Source: Neodothiora populina (taxonomy: Eukaryota). From it: a DNA stretch of 64,000 bases. A program made the translations under genes and the position numbers. Location of the stretch: positions 1,798,001-1,862,000 of the forward strand of contig NW_027191417.1 in assembly GCF_041146345.1 (NCBI RefSeq), given 5' to 3'. Under the pieces are notes generated by a model. The model made no database searches. It saw only the letters and a program-made list of their open reading frames with translations, and was not told the origin of the DNA. Positions 27,578 to 40,598 of the stretch are shown one piece after another (the first letter of the stretch is position 1; every line of letters starts with the position of its first letter).

Positions 27578-28421
27578 AAGCAGTGGTTTCGGCGCCACCA
27601 GCTCTTTGGGGTATGGCACGAACATGTCTGTCCAGCCCATACCTTCTTCCGCAGGGCTCGCCAAAACGCATGATGACGAAGACGTGCGATTTCCAGGCTA
27701 CGAGGGCGCAGCCGAGGAAGAAGTACCCGGGGCACGAGACCTGAGCCCAGTAGAGCGAAGACGAAGATCATCCAATAAAGCTGCGGCGAAGAACGGTGGT
27801 TCTTGCGCGTCGGACAGACGAATCAGCAGCGATGGTGGAGCAGGGACTAATGGCCACGAAGAGGACGGGGAAGACGAAGAAGGCTGGTCCGGGTGGTGGA
27901 AGAGCGTGTTCGAGTTCTACGGCAGCATCGAGCTCGAGAACAAAGGAAGTGTCGCACGCGACCATTTAGCTCTCGAACGTACTTTTCTGGCGTGGCTTCG
28001 GACGTCGCTGTCTTTCGCTAGTATCGGCATAGCAGTGACGCAGCTTTTCCGACTCAACACATCCATCGCAGACAAGAGTGCCGCAGGCTCTTCTTTCTCG
28101 CATCTCCAATTCACCCCTGCCACGAACCTCCGAGACCCTCTGGCGCTGTTACCGCGGGAGCAATACTCGTCGACGTCAAAGTACGATTACCACCGGCTCA
28201 GACAAGTAGGCAAACCCCTCGGCGCGACCTTTCTCGGCATCTCTCTCTTGATCCTAGCGCTGGGGTTCCATCGATATTTCGAGAGTCAGCATTATGTGAT
28301 AAGAGGCAAGTTTCCCGCCAGCAGAGGCAGTATCGTCATTGTCGCTGTGCTGAGCGCGGGCTTGATCGTGACCAGTCTGGCTGTGGTCATTGCTGTGGCG
28401 CCATCTGCTTTCGAAAAGTAG
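26592..28421 (+). CDS. DUF202 membrane protein with a long disordered N-terminus
   Basis: Intronless 609 aa ORF. LENKGSVARDHLALERTFLAWLRTSL followed by three hydrophobic helices. Poly-Asn from an (AAC)n tract near 27545-27577. The start may be the second ATG (26619). Confidence 0.9.
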
Positions 28422-29099
28422 TGGTCATGCATGCATACTGTTGTCAAACGCAATACTGGCATTGTTCTCCTCTTGGGGAGTTCTTTTCCCCCATTTACCT
28501 CGCTTGATGTGGAAGATGGAAAAGGAGAGAGTGGAAGGAGGAAATGGTAGTACTTATTGGATGGACGTTCAATCTCCGAGTCCATTGTCATGTCGTTCTT
28601 CACTATGATCATGAGAACCAAGACGTAATCAAGAGGAGCGAACATGAGAAAGGGACAAGAACAGGGAAAGGAAGCAACCAAAGAAGTAAAAGAAGCAGCA
28701 TAATTCAGAGATGCCATCTATATATCTAGCTTACTTGTCTACCTACATATTCACATATATCACCTGCATATCTAAGGTAACACCACACAGGTTGCCTCTC
28801 CAAGACCATCATCACATATCCCTGCATGGTCTATCTTTCTGCATATATCACATAAACACATCCAATAAACGAGAACCACCATCCAAGCAATTAGCACACC
28901 TCGACCAACCGTCAAAGAAGACGCAGAAACAAAAGTCCGACCGCGAAGAACCAACAACCAGTGCAAAACCCACCTCCCATCTTTTTTTTCTTCTCATCAA
29001 CATCAACAAAGAAAGCCATAGCAGAAGAAAAGGCAACAACGCCATAGCAGCAGAAAATCCATAGCAAAAGAAAAGTAGAGCGAGGAAGAAAAAAAGAAT

Positions 29100-29207
29100 T
29101 GACCGCGCCAGGGGTCGAACCTGGAATCTCTTGATACCGCCTCAACCGAAGCACGAAGCTCCTCAGCCGAATCGTAGTCAAGCGCCTTGCCATTGGGCCA
29201 CGCGGCC
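29100..29207 (-). tRNA. tRNA-Arg(ACG) with a 36 nt intron (29171-29136)
   Basis: GGCCGCG/CGCGGTC acceptor stem, TGGCCCAATGG A box, CTTGA-CT ACG AA-TCAAG anticodon arm after removing the intron at 37/38, GGTTCGACCC T loop, and a downstream T-run terminator. Mature length 72 nt. Confidence 0.97.
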
Positions 29208-29892
29208 TGCTTCATGGCTTTTTCGCATTTCCTACCTCTTATAAACTTGTTTCCAATCGAAGAACTATCGCTCCGCGCGCTCGCCGCATGCGCACGACAT
29301 CCTAGGCGGAATTCCACAAGCGCCAATGGGGGCAGATAAGATCACTCACGCACTGTACCACCTGCCATCCGTCTGTCTCTGGTGTCGGAGTCGATGCTTG
29401 AGATGTGCGTACAGAAGTATCTTGCTTGTGCGGGCGGGCATGGCTGTGCTCTCGTGTCCTGAGCTCATATACTGGGGTTCCTCTATAACAAGAGAATGGA
29501 GGGCGACCCTGTCTGTCCCTCTGGTCGGATCTCGTTTTCTTTGTTCGGTCCAGATTGGGGTTTCGTAGAGGACTTTTGAATTCGTGTCGTCTTTCTGATG
29601 TTTATTGGACTGATGGACTTCTTTTGAAGTGGCGTGGGTGCGTTAAGTCAGGACAGAAAATGACAGAAAATGACGGGAAACATATTCGTTCGGAGGTCGA
29701 AATACAGCCAGGTAATGGTGCGAATCATACACTTCACTCTCCATCCAAGGCACGCTCAAGTGGACCTTCAGATCGGGTTATGGTAACACACTCGGAAATA
29801 AATCAAGAGACAAATAAAAGGGGTATGATTCGAAAATAATAGCTAGATAATAGGATGAAGAGGAAGAAGGGAAAATCAAAAATCAAAAAAAA

Positions 29893-31505
29893 TCACATCA
29901 ACGGAAACACCAAATCTCCATCTCCCAAGTACCCGCAAACTCCATTACTGGCCACATACCCAGCCTGTCCATTCCTGCCTCTATACGTCACAACTCCAAA
30001 ATTCTCCTCTTGGGTCTTACACATCGACCCGCCCGATCCGACCTCCCCTTCGTCTTTGACTACCACTGCTCTACCGCTACTTCCCTCGCTCCTCGCTTCT
30101 TTTGCATCGCGACCAGACACGACGGATTGATCTAGCGGCGCACCGGAAGAGGACGAACTCGTGGAGACGTACAACAGACATCTCCCTCTATCTCTTCCTT
30201 CCAGCTGAAACAGCGAGTAGGCGCAGGGTAGATCACCACCGACACAAGCAGCACAACAGTCGTACTCGTTGGCAACGCTGGGTATCACGTGTTCGACTTG
30301 ACTGCCGTGAATATTGGGGGCAATGCCGTTGATACGCTTGTGCTTGTGGTTAAAGTACATCATGTTGGTGGGCGCACACGCTGCGAGTGCCGTCACCGTG
30401 TGAGTCGCATTCGTCCACTTGGTCGTCGTTCGCATCTCACTTCCGGTCCAGGTGGACCTCACAGTAAATGGCGTCTGTGTCGTCGTGAATGTGTTTGTTA
30501 TGATCGAGGTTGACTCGGGCTCCGACCTTTTGGAAGGCGCTGGTGCAGCGTGGTTCAATTCCTCATCTAGGTTACGGCGTCCGATTTCGCGGAACAGGTC
30601 AGAGTAGTTGTCACGGGCACCATCCTCAGCGGCTGCGGCCGACGATGACGATGATGAAGCTTCTGCAGAAGTCTCCGACGAGGTAGTAGACGCCTTCGTA
30701 GGCTTAACTCTCGGCATTCTCAGGATCGTTGACGTCTCCGCAGCGAACAGTGTGGTAGTATCCCTGTACGAAGTTTGAGCAGGCAAGACTGACTTGCTAG
30801 CCCAATCTGCAGTGGCGATCAAATATTGCTTGGTGTAGTGCTGAACCAGTTCCGTACACTCCACAGCAACGGGAAATTTCGAGACAAGCGGTCTTCTACA
30901 TTTAGTGGAAATGCTGCTTGTTTTGGCAGGCTCCTCGCGCGCCTTGTGCGGGTGGCCAATCTGAGCTTGCCCTAGACGAGGGTTGTCTCTATCCCGCCAG
31001 CCACCTCTGGTATCTCTGATGGGCTTGAATCCAGTAGGAGCTGGCACCCAAGTTGTCGTCCTGCTGGTACCAGTGATAAAAACAGTATCAACGCCAGAAG
31101 TCGTCACATGATCCCATACTAGACACAGAATGTCAACCTCACATGCATGAATCGATAGCGATAGAGCTTACGGGTTTTTGTTTCGAATATCGTTGTAGTC
31201 GTGTTATATACTCCCGTCCTCGGTTCTTCAATAACATAAGTAGTGTTGGTCCGGCACTCGGTGGACCTGGTCCAGAACACATTTGGAGTCGAAGTCACAA
31301 TCGATGTCCAGGTAATATGATACATGACCGGCCCATGGTTGGATACGCCATCGACGGTGGCAGTAGGTATCCCACCGAATGGTAGAGCTGCTGCATACCT
31401 CGTTGCGCAGACGAGCGATGTGCTATTCACGAGTCTGCTTTCGAGCGATGAACCCAGCGCTGTCGGCAGAGCCAGCGACAAGGCGATCAACGATAGCGTA
31501 AACAT
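29893..31505 (-). CDS. Secreted Thr/Ser-rich protein with a C-terminal Cys-rich (Apple/PAN-like) domain
   Basis: Signal peptide MFTLSLIALSLALPTALG. Intron 31171-31119 keeps the frame. Dibasic RR/KR sites, and a C-terminal ACAPTN..YDCCAAC..CAYSLF..C..C..C pattern. Confidence 0.8.
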
Positions 31506-32577
31506 TATTATATGACCCCAAGTGTCGTTGCGCAGCTTCGACAAAAAAGAATGAGACAGGGACCCGGTGTCGAACTATACGAGCACAGTGAAGATCGTGT
31601 CGCGTGGGCACCTATAAGAGAGGGAAAACTCTCCTGTGACTTTAAGAAAGAGCGAAGAAAGTCGAGAGCGCACCAAGATCGAGCTTCTCTTACCGGCCGT
31701 GTCGCTGCTAGAGCTGTCTACTTCTACAAGAAAGCCCCTTCTTGGGCTGGAGGGGGCAAGAGCTATCTCTAACTCCTGAAACCGTTGCATGTGTGCTCAA
31801 ATAGTCAATGCATAGCGTCTGTAACGGCTCTCCCTAATGGCCAAAGTATGGCCCTCAGTGCTGTACTTACTATGCAGGAACAGAGTTTGAAGACGACATC
31901 TGATTGATTTAAAGAACGAGACCGAATGCTTTTGTCACAATGCAATGACTCATTTGACAAGATTCAGTGGTATGCTCTATCTCGTATTGCTTCGTGTGTC
32001 CATATCGACCCAAAAAAGAGTGTACAGAAGTCAAGTAGCAGTGGAGACATCAACGGTCAAAGTCCTACTTGTGGAAGAAGAGACCAGGTAGCGAGCCTTG
32101 TATCCGAAAGGTTTATATGGTTTAGACTTTTTGTACCCCTTGCCAAGCCCTGTCAATACCCGAGTCTTCATCAACACTAAATGTTATTTGCACACATTCT
32201 GTTATCACACGAGTAATGATAGTGACTAGAGGATAGACTCACAGAAAAAGACGATTAGCGTAGCAAACACGCAATGGACCAGAAGAGGTATGAATGCTAC
32301 ATTCAATATACCCAGCGGGGAAATAAAATAACCGACGACCGGATTCGTCCCAGTCAATTGAAACCCTTCTCCAGAAGGACCTCCCCAAACGCCGACTTCC
32401 GTATATGCTGGTGTGAATCTTCCCTCATACAGCCATGTCTCCAATCAACTTCTCAGAGTAAGAGTTTAAACGACTTTTTGACCATTTTTTTTCTGGGCTT
32501 CCATAACGCTATAGATGATGAAAATAGATAATACTGGTTGGGTATTGTGTGTTTGTTGCCTTTTCCGTGCTTTTACT

Positions 32578-34047
32578 TTACATGATAATAGCAGGGATCT
32601 CGACGTTTTGCTTGATCGACTTGTGGGGAAGGACACTGTGACAATGAAAATTAGTTCTCTGCTTCGCTCGAAAGTTGAAACCATGGGACAAATGTTCATA
32701 CCTTCCACCGTTGACGTAGATCTCGTCACCAATCGTGACGTCGTCTCCGAGCACGGTGATGTTCTCCAGTCTCGCCCATCTGCCGACGACGCTGTTCCAT
32801 CCTACAATGGTGCTCTTGACCCATGCATGTTCCTTAATCTTGGAGCCAGAGAGAAGCACACAGCGTTGCAGTCTCACACCGTCGCCAATGACCACATTAG
32901 GGCCAATGACCACGTTAGGGCCGATCTTGCAGTTGTTGCCAATCTTGGCGGTAGGGTCGATCATAACATTGCCGCCGTGGACAAAGTGCTCTGAGTTGGA
33001 AGTCAGGGCCTTGGAGCCCTTCTTAGCGAGAGATGAAAGGTAGAGGCATGTTCCGGAAAGGAAATCCTTGGGCTGACCGACATCCATCCAGAAGCCCTCG
33101 AGATCGAAAGAGTGAAGCTCGCCATCCTGAGTCATGGCGGGAAAAGTCTCTTGCTCAATAGATGTGGGTCTGAGGTCGATTCTCTTGAGAACGCTGGGGT
33201 TGAGGATGTAGATACCGGCGTTGATACGGTTGCCAACAAACTCAATGGGCTTCTCGACGAAACGGTCGATTCTTGAGGCGTGGTTGGGCTTGTGGACCAC
33301 GACACCGTACTTGGAGGGCTCCTCGACCTTGGTCACGACAATGGTGCCCTCTTGGCCGTGGGCCTTGTGGAAGTCTGCGAGTTGCTGGAAGGGGTATTCG
33401 CAGATGACGTCCGAGTTGAGAACGAAGAAAGGAGTATCGTCCTTGCCCAGGATCTTCTCGGCGAGCTTGAGGGGGCCCGCAGTACCGAGAGGCTCAGTCT
33501 CCACGGAGAACTCGATCCTGACGTTGTACGTCTCCTCATACTAGCGATTGGTCAGTATGAGAGCGTTGCGATGTCCTCTACATTTCCCGATTCCTTACCT
33601 TCTTCAATGCTGCGGTCATGATCTCGGGTCTGTAGTTGACAGCGAGAACAATATCGGTGACGCCGGCAGCTGCAAGAGCCTCGACTTGATGGAGAATCAT
33701 GGGCTTGTTTCCGAACTCGACCAGCGGCTTCGGAAGGGTGAGGGTCTTGCCATTTGGTCAGCGCTGTTTTGGATGTTGTGGTGGCTATTGCTCGGCCGAC
33801 TGCGTCAAGAGCGCGGACGGCAGACATGTCTCCTCTCTTGAAGCTTTCTCTCCTTGCTGAAGATGAGGAGACTCTGTCTGGCTTGCGCGCATCTGACCAT
33901 CAGACAGACGGCAGGCGTGTCAACGTACAAGAGGCCTGAGGCGGGTACCGAAACCGCCGACAAGAATGAGAGCTTGGAGCACAATCAGCATACATGATTG
34001 AGTGATTGCAGAACCTCCATAACAACGACATGGAACTTACCCTTCAT
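32578..34047 (-). CDS. MPG1: Mannose-1-phosphate guanylyltransferase (GDP-mannose pyrophosphorylase)
   Basis: Exons 34047-34041, 33972-33929, 33745-33599, 33540-32702, 32635-32578. [44 protein letters not shown] and hexapeptide repeats. Confidence 0.98.
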
Positions 34048-35379
34048 GTTGAGTAAATGGAATTGATTAAGCGGGGTATTTGTTGTGTAGAGCGCAGTGA
34101 CGGGAAAAGTGGTCAAGCCGTAAGATAATTGATTGATCGCAGCTAGATGAAGCGACAGAAAAGAGTGTACGGAATTATTACAATGGAAATGGAATTGGAT
34201 GGTCAATCGGTGGGAGGAGGAGAATTGGGTTCCTTTAGACAACAGAAAAAGATTCAAAAGGCAAAGGGGGTTGAGGGTGGAGAGACAACAAGTTGCATTT
34301 GAATAGAAGGGGGGCGGGATGGCGCTGACGACTCGTGTGGGCAAGCGGTGGGCCCCTTGGGCAAAGGGCAAAGGGCAATTGGGGGGGCGCCTCTCTCTGC
34401 TGCTTTTCTAGGGACTGGGGGGCAGAGACTCGGGGCGAGCGACAGGTCAGGCTCAGTCAGGACAAGTAGCTCTAACAGAAAGTTCAAATTCAGATTCAGG
34501 CCCAGCTGTTCTGTACTGTCCCCAATTCCAGTCTCACCAGTCCGGCCCAAGATATGCTACGCCGCCGACCGACCCTAGCCGCTAAGGTGCTTTAAGGTAG
34601 GTACGAAGGTAAAGCTTCCTGCTAAGGTACAGTGCAGTACTAACACTACAGCTGCGGTACATCCGTTCCACCCCTTGCTTCTAAATTTACCACATTGTCC
34701 AAAAAGTCTGAAAGTCTGCTTACTCGTGACATTTTCGAGGTCGCCTTGTATCCAGATCTCGTATTTGCAGGAGGCTAGTCCCGTCATCTCGTCACTTCAA
34801 CACGCCATTGATCTGAAATAGTCGTATGCGGGAAGCGACGCTTGCTTTTCTTTGCTTTGCAGTGTAACGTCGCCCGAACTGTGTCTCCTGACGCTCACCC
34901 TGCTGGATTGCTTCCACTCCCGAAATAAAAGGGGCTGTGTTTACAGTGAAGCCAACCTGCACAGCTGCTTAGGCACCTACCTGCACTCAAACAGTCGCAT
35001 CGCTGCATTACGAAATCACAACATGAATTGCAACTCAATGACTTCTTCGTTATTGACTCTTTTTTATCCTTTTTTTCCTTATATCTGACAGGGGCTATCT
35101 ATACAATGCAGCGATCCATGTTGCTCGCTTATTTTTTCTCCTCCGGCCCCGCACGGTTGTGTGCATAGTTCTGTATCAAGGTACGCGTGAGTGTATGCAC
35201 GCCATTGCTTGTTCTATGCTTTGCAACGCCGCACCATAATTTGCGACCAAGTCAAAACTTCGACTCCCTGCGTATATCGCTGCCATAATCAACAATCTTG
35301 CATTCGCACGCTGGTAACATTGCTTCGCTTGCCTGCCACTAGACCAGAAAGTAGTTCGATATACTCTCTATTAGATCGA

Positions 35380-36640
<1,261 letters not shown>

Positions 36641-37087
36641 GATTGATCTGGCGGGTGCAAAGGCAGGAGCCCAGCAGTGAGGTTGTGAGGGATTAGGAAG
36701 GAGGACGGACGAGGCGAGGGTGACGCGGTCGAGGGGGGGCCGAAGCTTTGTGGAAGTCAGCGTCCAGACATGGGACAAATGGATTGACCCAGAGCTGTTG
36801 TACTTGTGCTGCAGCGGAGATGGAGGATCGTGAAACGTAATCAAGACAATGTAGAAAATACAGCGAGGGAGAAGAAAAAGACAAAACCCCGACCAAGAAA
36901 AATATATATCGACAACAAGAACAAGGAGAGAATATAAGAGGGTCGAGCTAGTGCTTACAGCGTGGGTTGATTGCGATTGGAAAGTGTTGACAACAGTCAC
37001 GAACTGAAAGGGCAGCAAAAGGGGAGCCGAGCGCTGGCTGCTATCCGAGTGTTGAGCAAGACAAACTCATTTCCCAAGCAGCTCGAA

Positions 37088-37129
37088 TGCTGCTGCTGCT
37101 GCTGCTGCTGCTACTGCTACTGCTACTGA
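37088..37129. repeat. (TGC)n/(TAC) trinucleotide microsatellite upstream of MNN9
   Basis: Tandem tgc x8 followed by alternating tac/tgc units, seen directly. Confidence 0.9.
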
Positions 37130-37975
37130 TGCAAAAGACTATCTCACGAGCTACGGCTGTTGCGAGCCTTATGCCTGAAGTGACTAGCAAGAAGACTCCG
37201 CACTTGGTCGACTGGGGAGAGACAAGGTCAAATTATTGTACTAGGAACGCAAGGGGATTGATTATACAAGTAGCTTCTTTGCTGCACGCCTCAGGCCATA
37301 CAGTAGACTTTTGCCGACCAAAGACGTGTCAATGTCGAGGCACCAGCAGATTGTGTGGAGTAAAGCTGTAGGGCTGATGCTGAAACCCGTCTCTACCATC
37401 TTTCTGTCTCTCTTTGGACTCTTTGTCGCCTCTCGCAGTCGCTGAAACTCGTCTTGGCCCTGCTCAATCTGAGGCGAAATAAGATGTGGCCTTGGCATCA
37501 TCTATTCCATGAATCGTGCATATCGGGGTTCATCTGCCTGCGCGAATCACAATTGGGTCCATTCCGCATTCAGCTTCGGAGGTGCTATACAATCTATACT
37601 TACTATTGGAGCAATGATTACGTACTTGTATGTCTGAAAAGTCAACCCATTGAGATTCGATTTCTTATGCGATTCCATCATCCGTGCCTCTCAACTCTTC
37701 ACAGACAGTAGTACGTGTCGGAGTTACGAATCTTTAGCTGCTGCTCTCCCTCATGATAATGCCTTGATACCTGATATCACTATCCTGCCCGAGCCAGAGA
37801 CGCAGATCCGTACATAGAGCACTTGTGACACCACAGCTTTGCCATCGCCTCGCTCTTTCCGTTCTCGTCACGAAACCGAAACACTGCAGCTATCGACTGC
37901 CCTGAGCGCCTCTTGTTCCGGCATTCCTGCCTTAAACAATAGCCTATATCTATCACAACCGCCGCTACCCATTTA

Positions 37976-39976
37976 ATGCCGAGGTGTAGGCCGGCGGGAA
38001 TGTCGACGAGCCTTACAACATGGACTAATAGCATCCGCGCTTCTTCCTGCGCGCACTCGACCTTATGCACAGCTTCCATATCTCGTCGCTTCTCTGTCGC
38101 GGCTTGCAGAAGACTGGCTACTCCCGTCGACGATCGTCTTGAGTATACAAGCCTCTTCAATGCTCGATCGGATCTGATCAGGAAGCAAAAATCATATACT
38201 GTCAGAAACCTCAAGTCTTCTGTAAAGAAGAGCAACGGGAAACATGGGTTCAACAACGTCTCCGGCAATTCCCAGCATACCTCTTTACGGAATAGACAAA
38301 GGCGTTATGGCAAGAAGGATCGCGCCTGTACCATTCTGACTGCGAATCCCCATAACACTGCGCTGTCCCAACTATGTGACCAAATCCCTCAACTATCCCC
38401 TGACCAGGTTCAAAAGTCCTTCGCCCTCTTCATTTTCCTTGTCACCCCAGCCTATGCACAAAGTGCGAAAACGAACAGGAAACTTTTCGAGCGCACTGTG
38501 CAACGGATATACTCTGACCGTGGACATGAGGCGACACAGGGGATACACACCATCATATCTGTTGTCGATAGACTGCCACGCCCGTCCTGTCGTCAGAGTC
38601 CTCTGCAGGATGCTGGGTCTGAAGGACTTGCTTACATGTTCACTGACGATGTTGGTGATGCGCCTGGCCTTCTCGACCTCCATGTGGGTCAAGCAGATCG
38701 CATCGTTAGAGACCTAGCCTCTTCCTTACAAGTTCGCCGGAGTTTGACCTTCAGCATTACGACCGATCGAAAACACAAGGAATCCTCGCAGAATCAAGGC
38801 AAATCGGCCGAGACTTCAACTCTGTCATACTCTGTACAAGTGCCTTTGGCCAACACCGTCTTCCAGAATGGACTGTCCTCGACACTGATCCATAGTCGAT
38901 ACGACAGAGAAGAGAGTGGAGAGCTCAAACTAATATCCTCACAACACCTCGATGACCAGACCATCCGGCTACCATTCTCAGCACACAGCGATGACCTGGT
39001 ACTGACTGCGCCGCTTGTGCCTCTGACTCCTGCGCGTTCTATAGTTGCTTGTATGGGGAACATTGTCCGCCGATTATCAGCCAATGCGACTGTATCCAAA
39101 GCGGAGTCAACAGACGAAACCATTCTGGCATCTCAAGAGCTCGAAACTTCGGTGCAATCTTACTTCAAGGCTCGCAGTATTCCCCCTCAGACTGTCTCTG
39201 TCTGGGCACTCGTGATTCCTAAGGAGGTGTTCGCCTCTTACTCTCTCACAATGCTCGATGTTCTTGCCCCACAGGATCTGACGCGGCGGTGGAAAGACAA
39301 TGACCAAAGCTGGGTCAAATCTGCGGCTCACTCGCCATTATCATTACTACAACACCGAGTCAGACTGCATAAAGTCCTTTCCGGTGGAGGTGGGTGGGGC
39401 AAGAAGGCTGGACTCCTCTCGCTTGATCCGGACACGTCATATACACCCGAAGAACAAGCCCAGCAGGAAGACTCATTTCTCTCGTTCCTTGATCCTGAGC
39501 TCGAAGATTCCGAATCTGCGCTGCGAAGTGTCGTCTCTCCTGGAGACCACGTTCAGTTCTACATCGGACCGACTGCTTCGACTGCCAAAGATTCGAGTCT
39601 GTCTCTCGATGAGAAGGCTGCGTGGGACGGCGCCGCTGATTTTGGTACTATCCCAAGCACTATTGATTCGATGCCACAAGCCATCAATCACCCGACTGGT
39701 GCTACCTCAATCCAGGAAGTCTACAATGACCACTTTGGCGCCCTCTCTGAGGTGGGTATATCACTGACGCTGGACACTCATGATACCCATAATCCCGAAC
39801 TTCACCAGCTCAATCAGACTAAGATTGACGTTCCATTCAGTCGACTCAGCTTGACGACATCGAGAAGCTCGGGTATCGAATCTGAAGATCTCCAGGACGG
39901 TGTTGATAATCTACACGATAATGCTCAGAAAGGACCGGAGCCATCCAGGCTATCGCACAGCAAGACTGTATCATGA
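37976..39976 (+). CDS. Conserved fungal hypothetical protein (VLSGGGGWGKKAGLLSLDP motif), possibly mitochondrial
   Basis: Intronless 666 aa ORF. Motifs LANTVFQNG, PLVPLTPAR..MGNIVR, ASQELE and VLSGGGGWGKKAGLLSLDP are recalled from an uncharacterised ascomycete family. The first 50 aa are Arg/Ser/Thr-rich with no acidic residue. Confidence 0.85.
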   Translation: MPRCRPAGMSTSLTTWTNSIRASSCAHSTLCTASISRRFSVAACRRLATPVDDRLEYTSLFNARSDLIRKQKSYTVRNLKSSVKKSNGKHGFNNVSGNSQHTSLRNRQRRYGKKDRACTILTANPHNTALSQLCDQIPQLSPDQVQKSFALFIFLVTPAYAQSAKTNRKLFERTVQRIYSDRGHEATQGIHTIISVVDRLPRPSCRQSPLQDAGSEGLAYMFTDDVGDAPGLLDLHVGQADRIVRDLASSLQVRRSLTFSITTDRKHKESSQNQGKSAETSTLSYSVQVPLANTVFQNGLSSTLIHSRYDREESGELKLISSQHLDDQTIRLPFSAHSDDLVLTAPLVPLTPARSIVACMGNIVRRLSANATVSKAESTDETILASQELETSVQSYFKARSIPPQTVSVWALVIPKEVFASYSLTMLDVLAPQDLTRRWKDNDQSWVKSAAHSPLSLLQHRVRLHKVLSGGGGWGKKAGLLSLDPDTSYTPEEQAQQEDSFLSFLDPELEDSESALRSVVSPGDHVQFYIGPTASTAKDSSLSLDEKAAWDGAADFGTIPSTIDSMPQAINHPTGATSIQEVYNDHFGALSEVGISLTLDTHDTHNPELHQLNQTKIDVPFSRLSLTTSRSSGIESEDLQDGVDNLHDNAQKGPEPSRLSHSKTVS

Positions 39977-40598
39977 CTAGATTCGGGATATGCAAAGACA
40001 AGGGATCGGGCACGCGACAAACGAAATCACGGAACGCGGTCTCTACGTGTACGGAGAACTGTGGGGCATCGCACAGTACCGCGAGCCAGTATAAGTGGTT
40101 CGGACACAGAGTCCGAGATGCATAACATTGATAAGGGAGATAGTGACGTTAAGCTAAGAAAGACTATATTGGACGTTGTACGAAAGCAGAAGCGGTCGCA
40201 AGCAGCTGCCAATAACGACTCGCACAGAACGAAGGTTAGTGTAGATAAAGGGCAGCTGGAAAACGACATCAGAAGAATGTTAGGACTTAAAGCTAAGCGA
40301 TAACAATATTGTACGATCAATTATGGGGCGATGTGTTCTAGCCTAGTGGAGAGCGACGTTAGATCTGCCCCATACTAATTTACAATATAACGTTTATGCA
40401 GAAAGGTTAATACCGCCCCTGTCCGATACCTCGTTTATCGCAACATTATTATCTATACCGAGCAATGCCTTTCGATTTTGTCTCACGGTACTCATCCGGC
40501 GAAGAGTCTGCGTACGATGCTGTTCGCTGCTCAGTGAAAAAGCAGTAACAAACGTATATCGTGGCTCCGTCCTCGCGCATTTGTAGTTCGCATTATGC

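Noticed and set aside
29136..29171. Hairpin within the tRNA-Arg intron
   Set aside because: Structured introns at position 37/38 are ordinary in fungal tRNAs.
36641..37018. 126-codon in-frame upstream extension of MNN9
   Set aside because: It starts at a non-ATG codon in a pyrimidine-rich leader, and the type II anchor fits the ATG at 36640.
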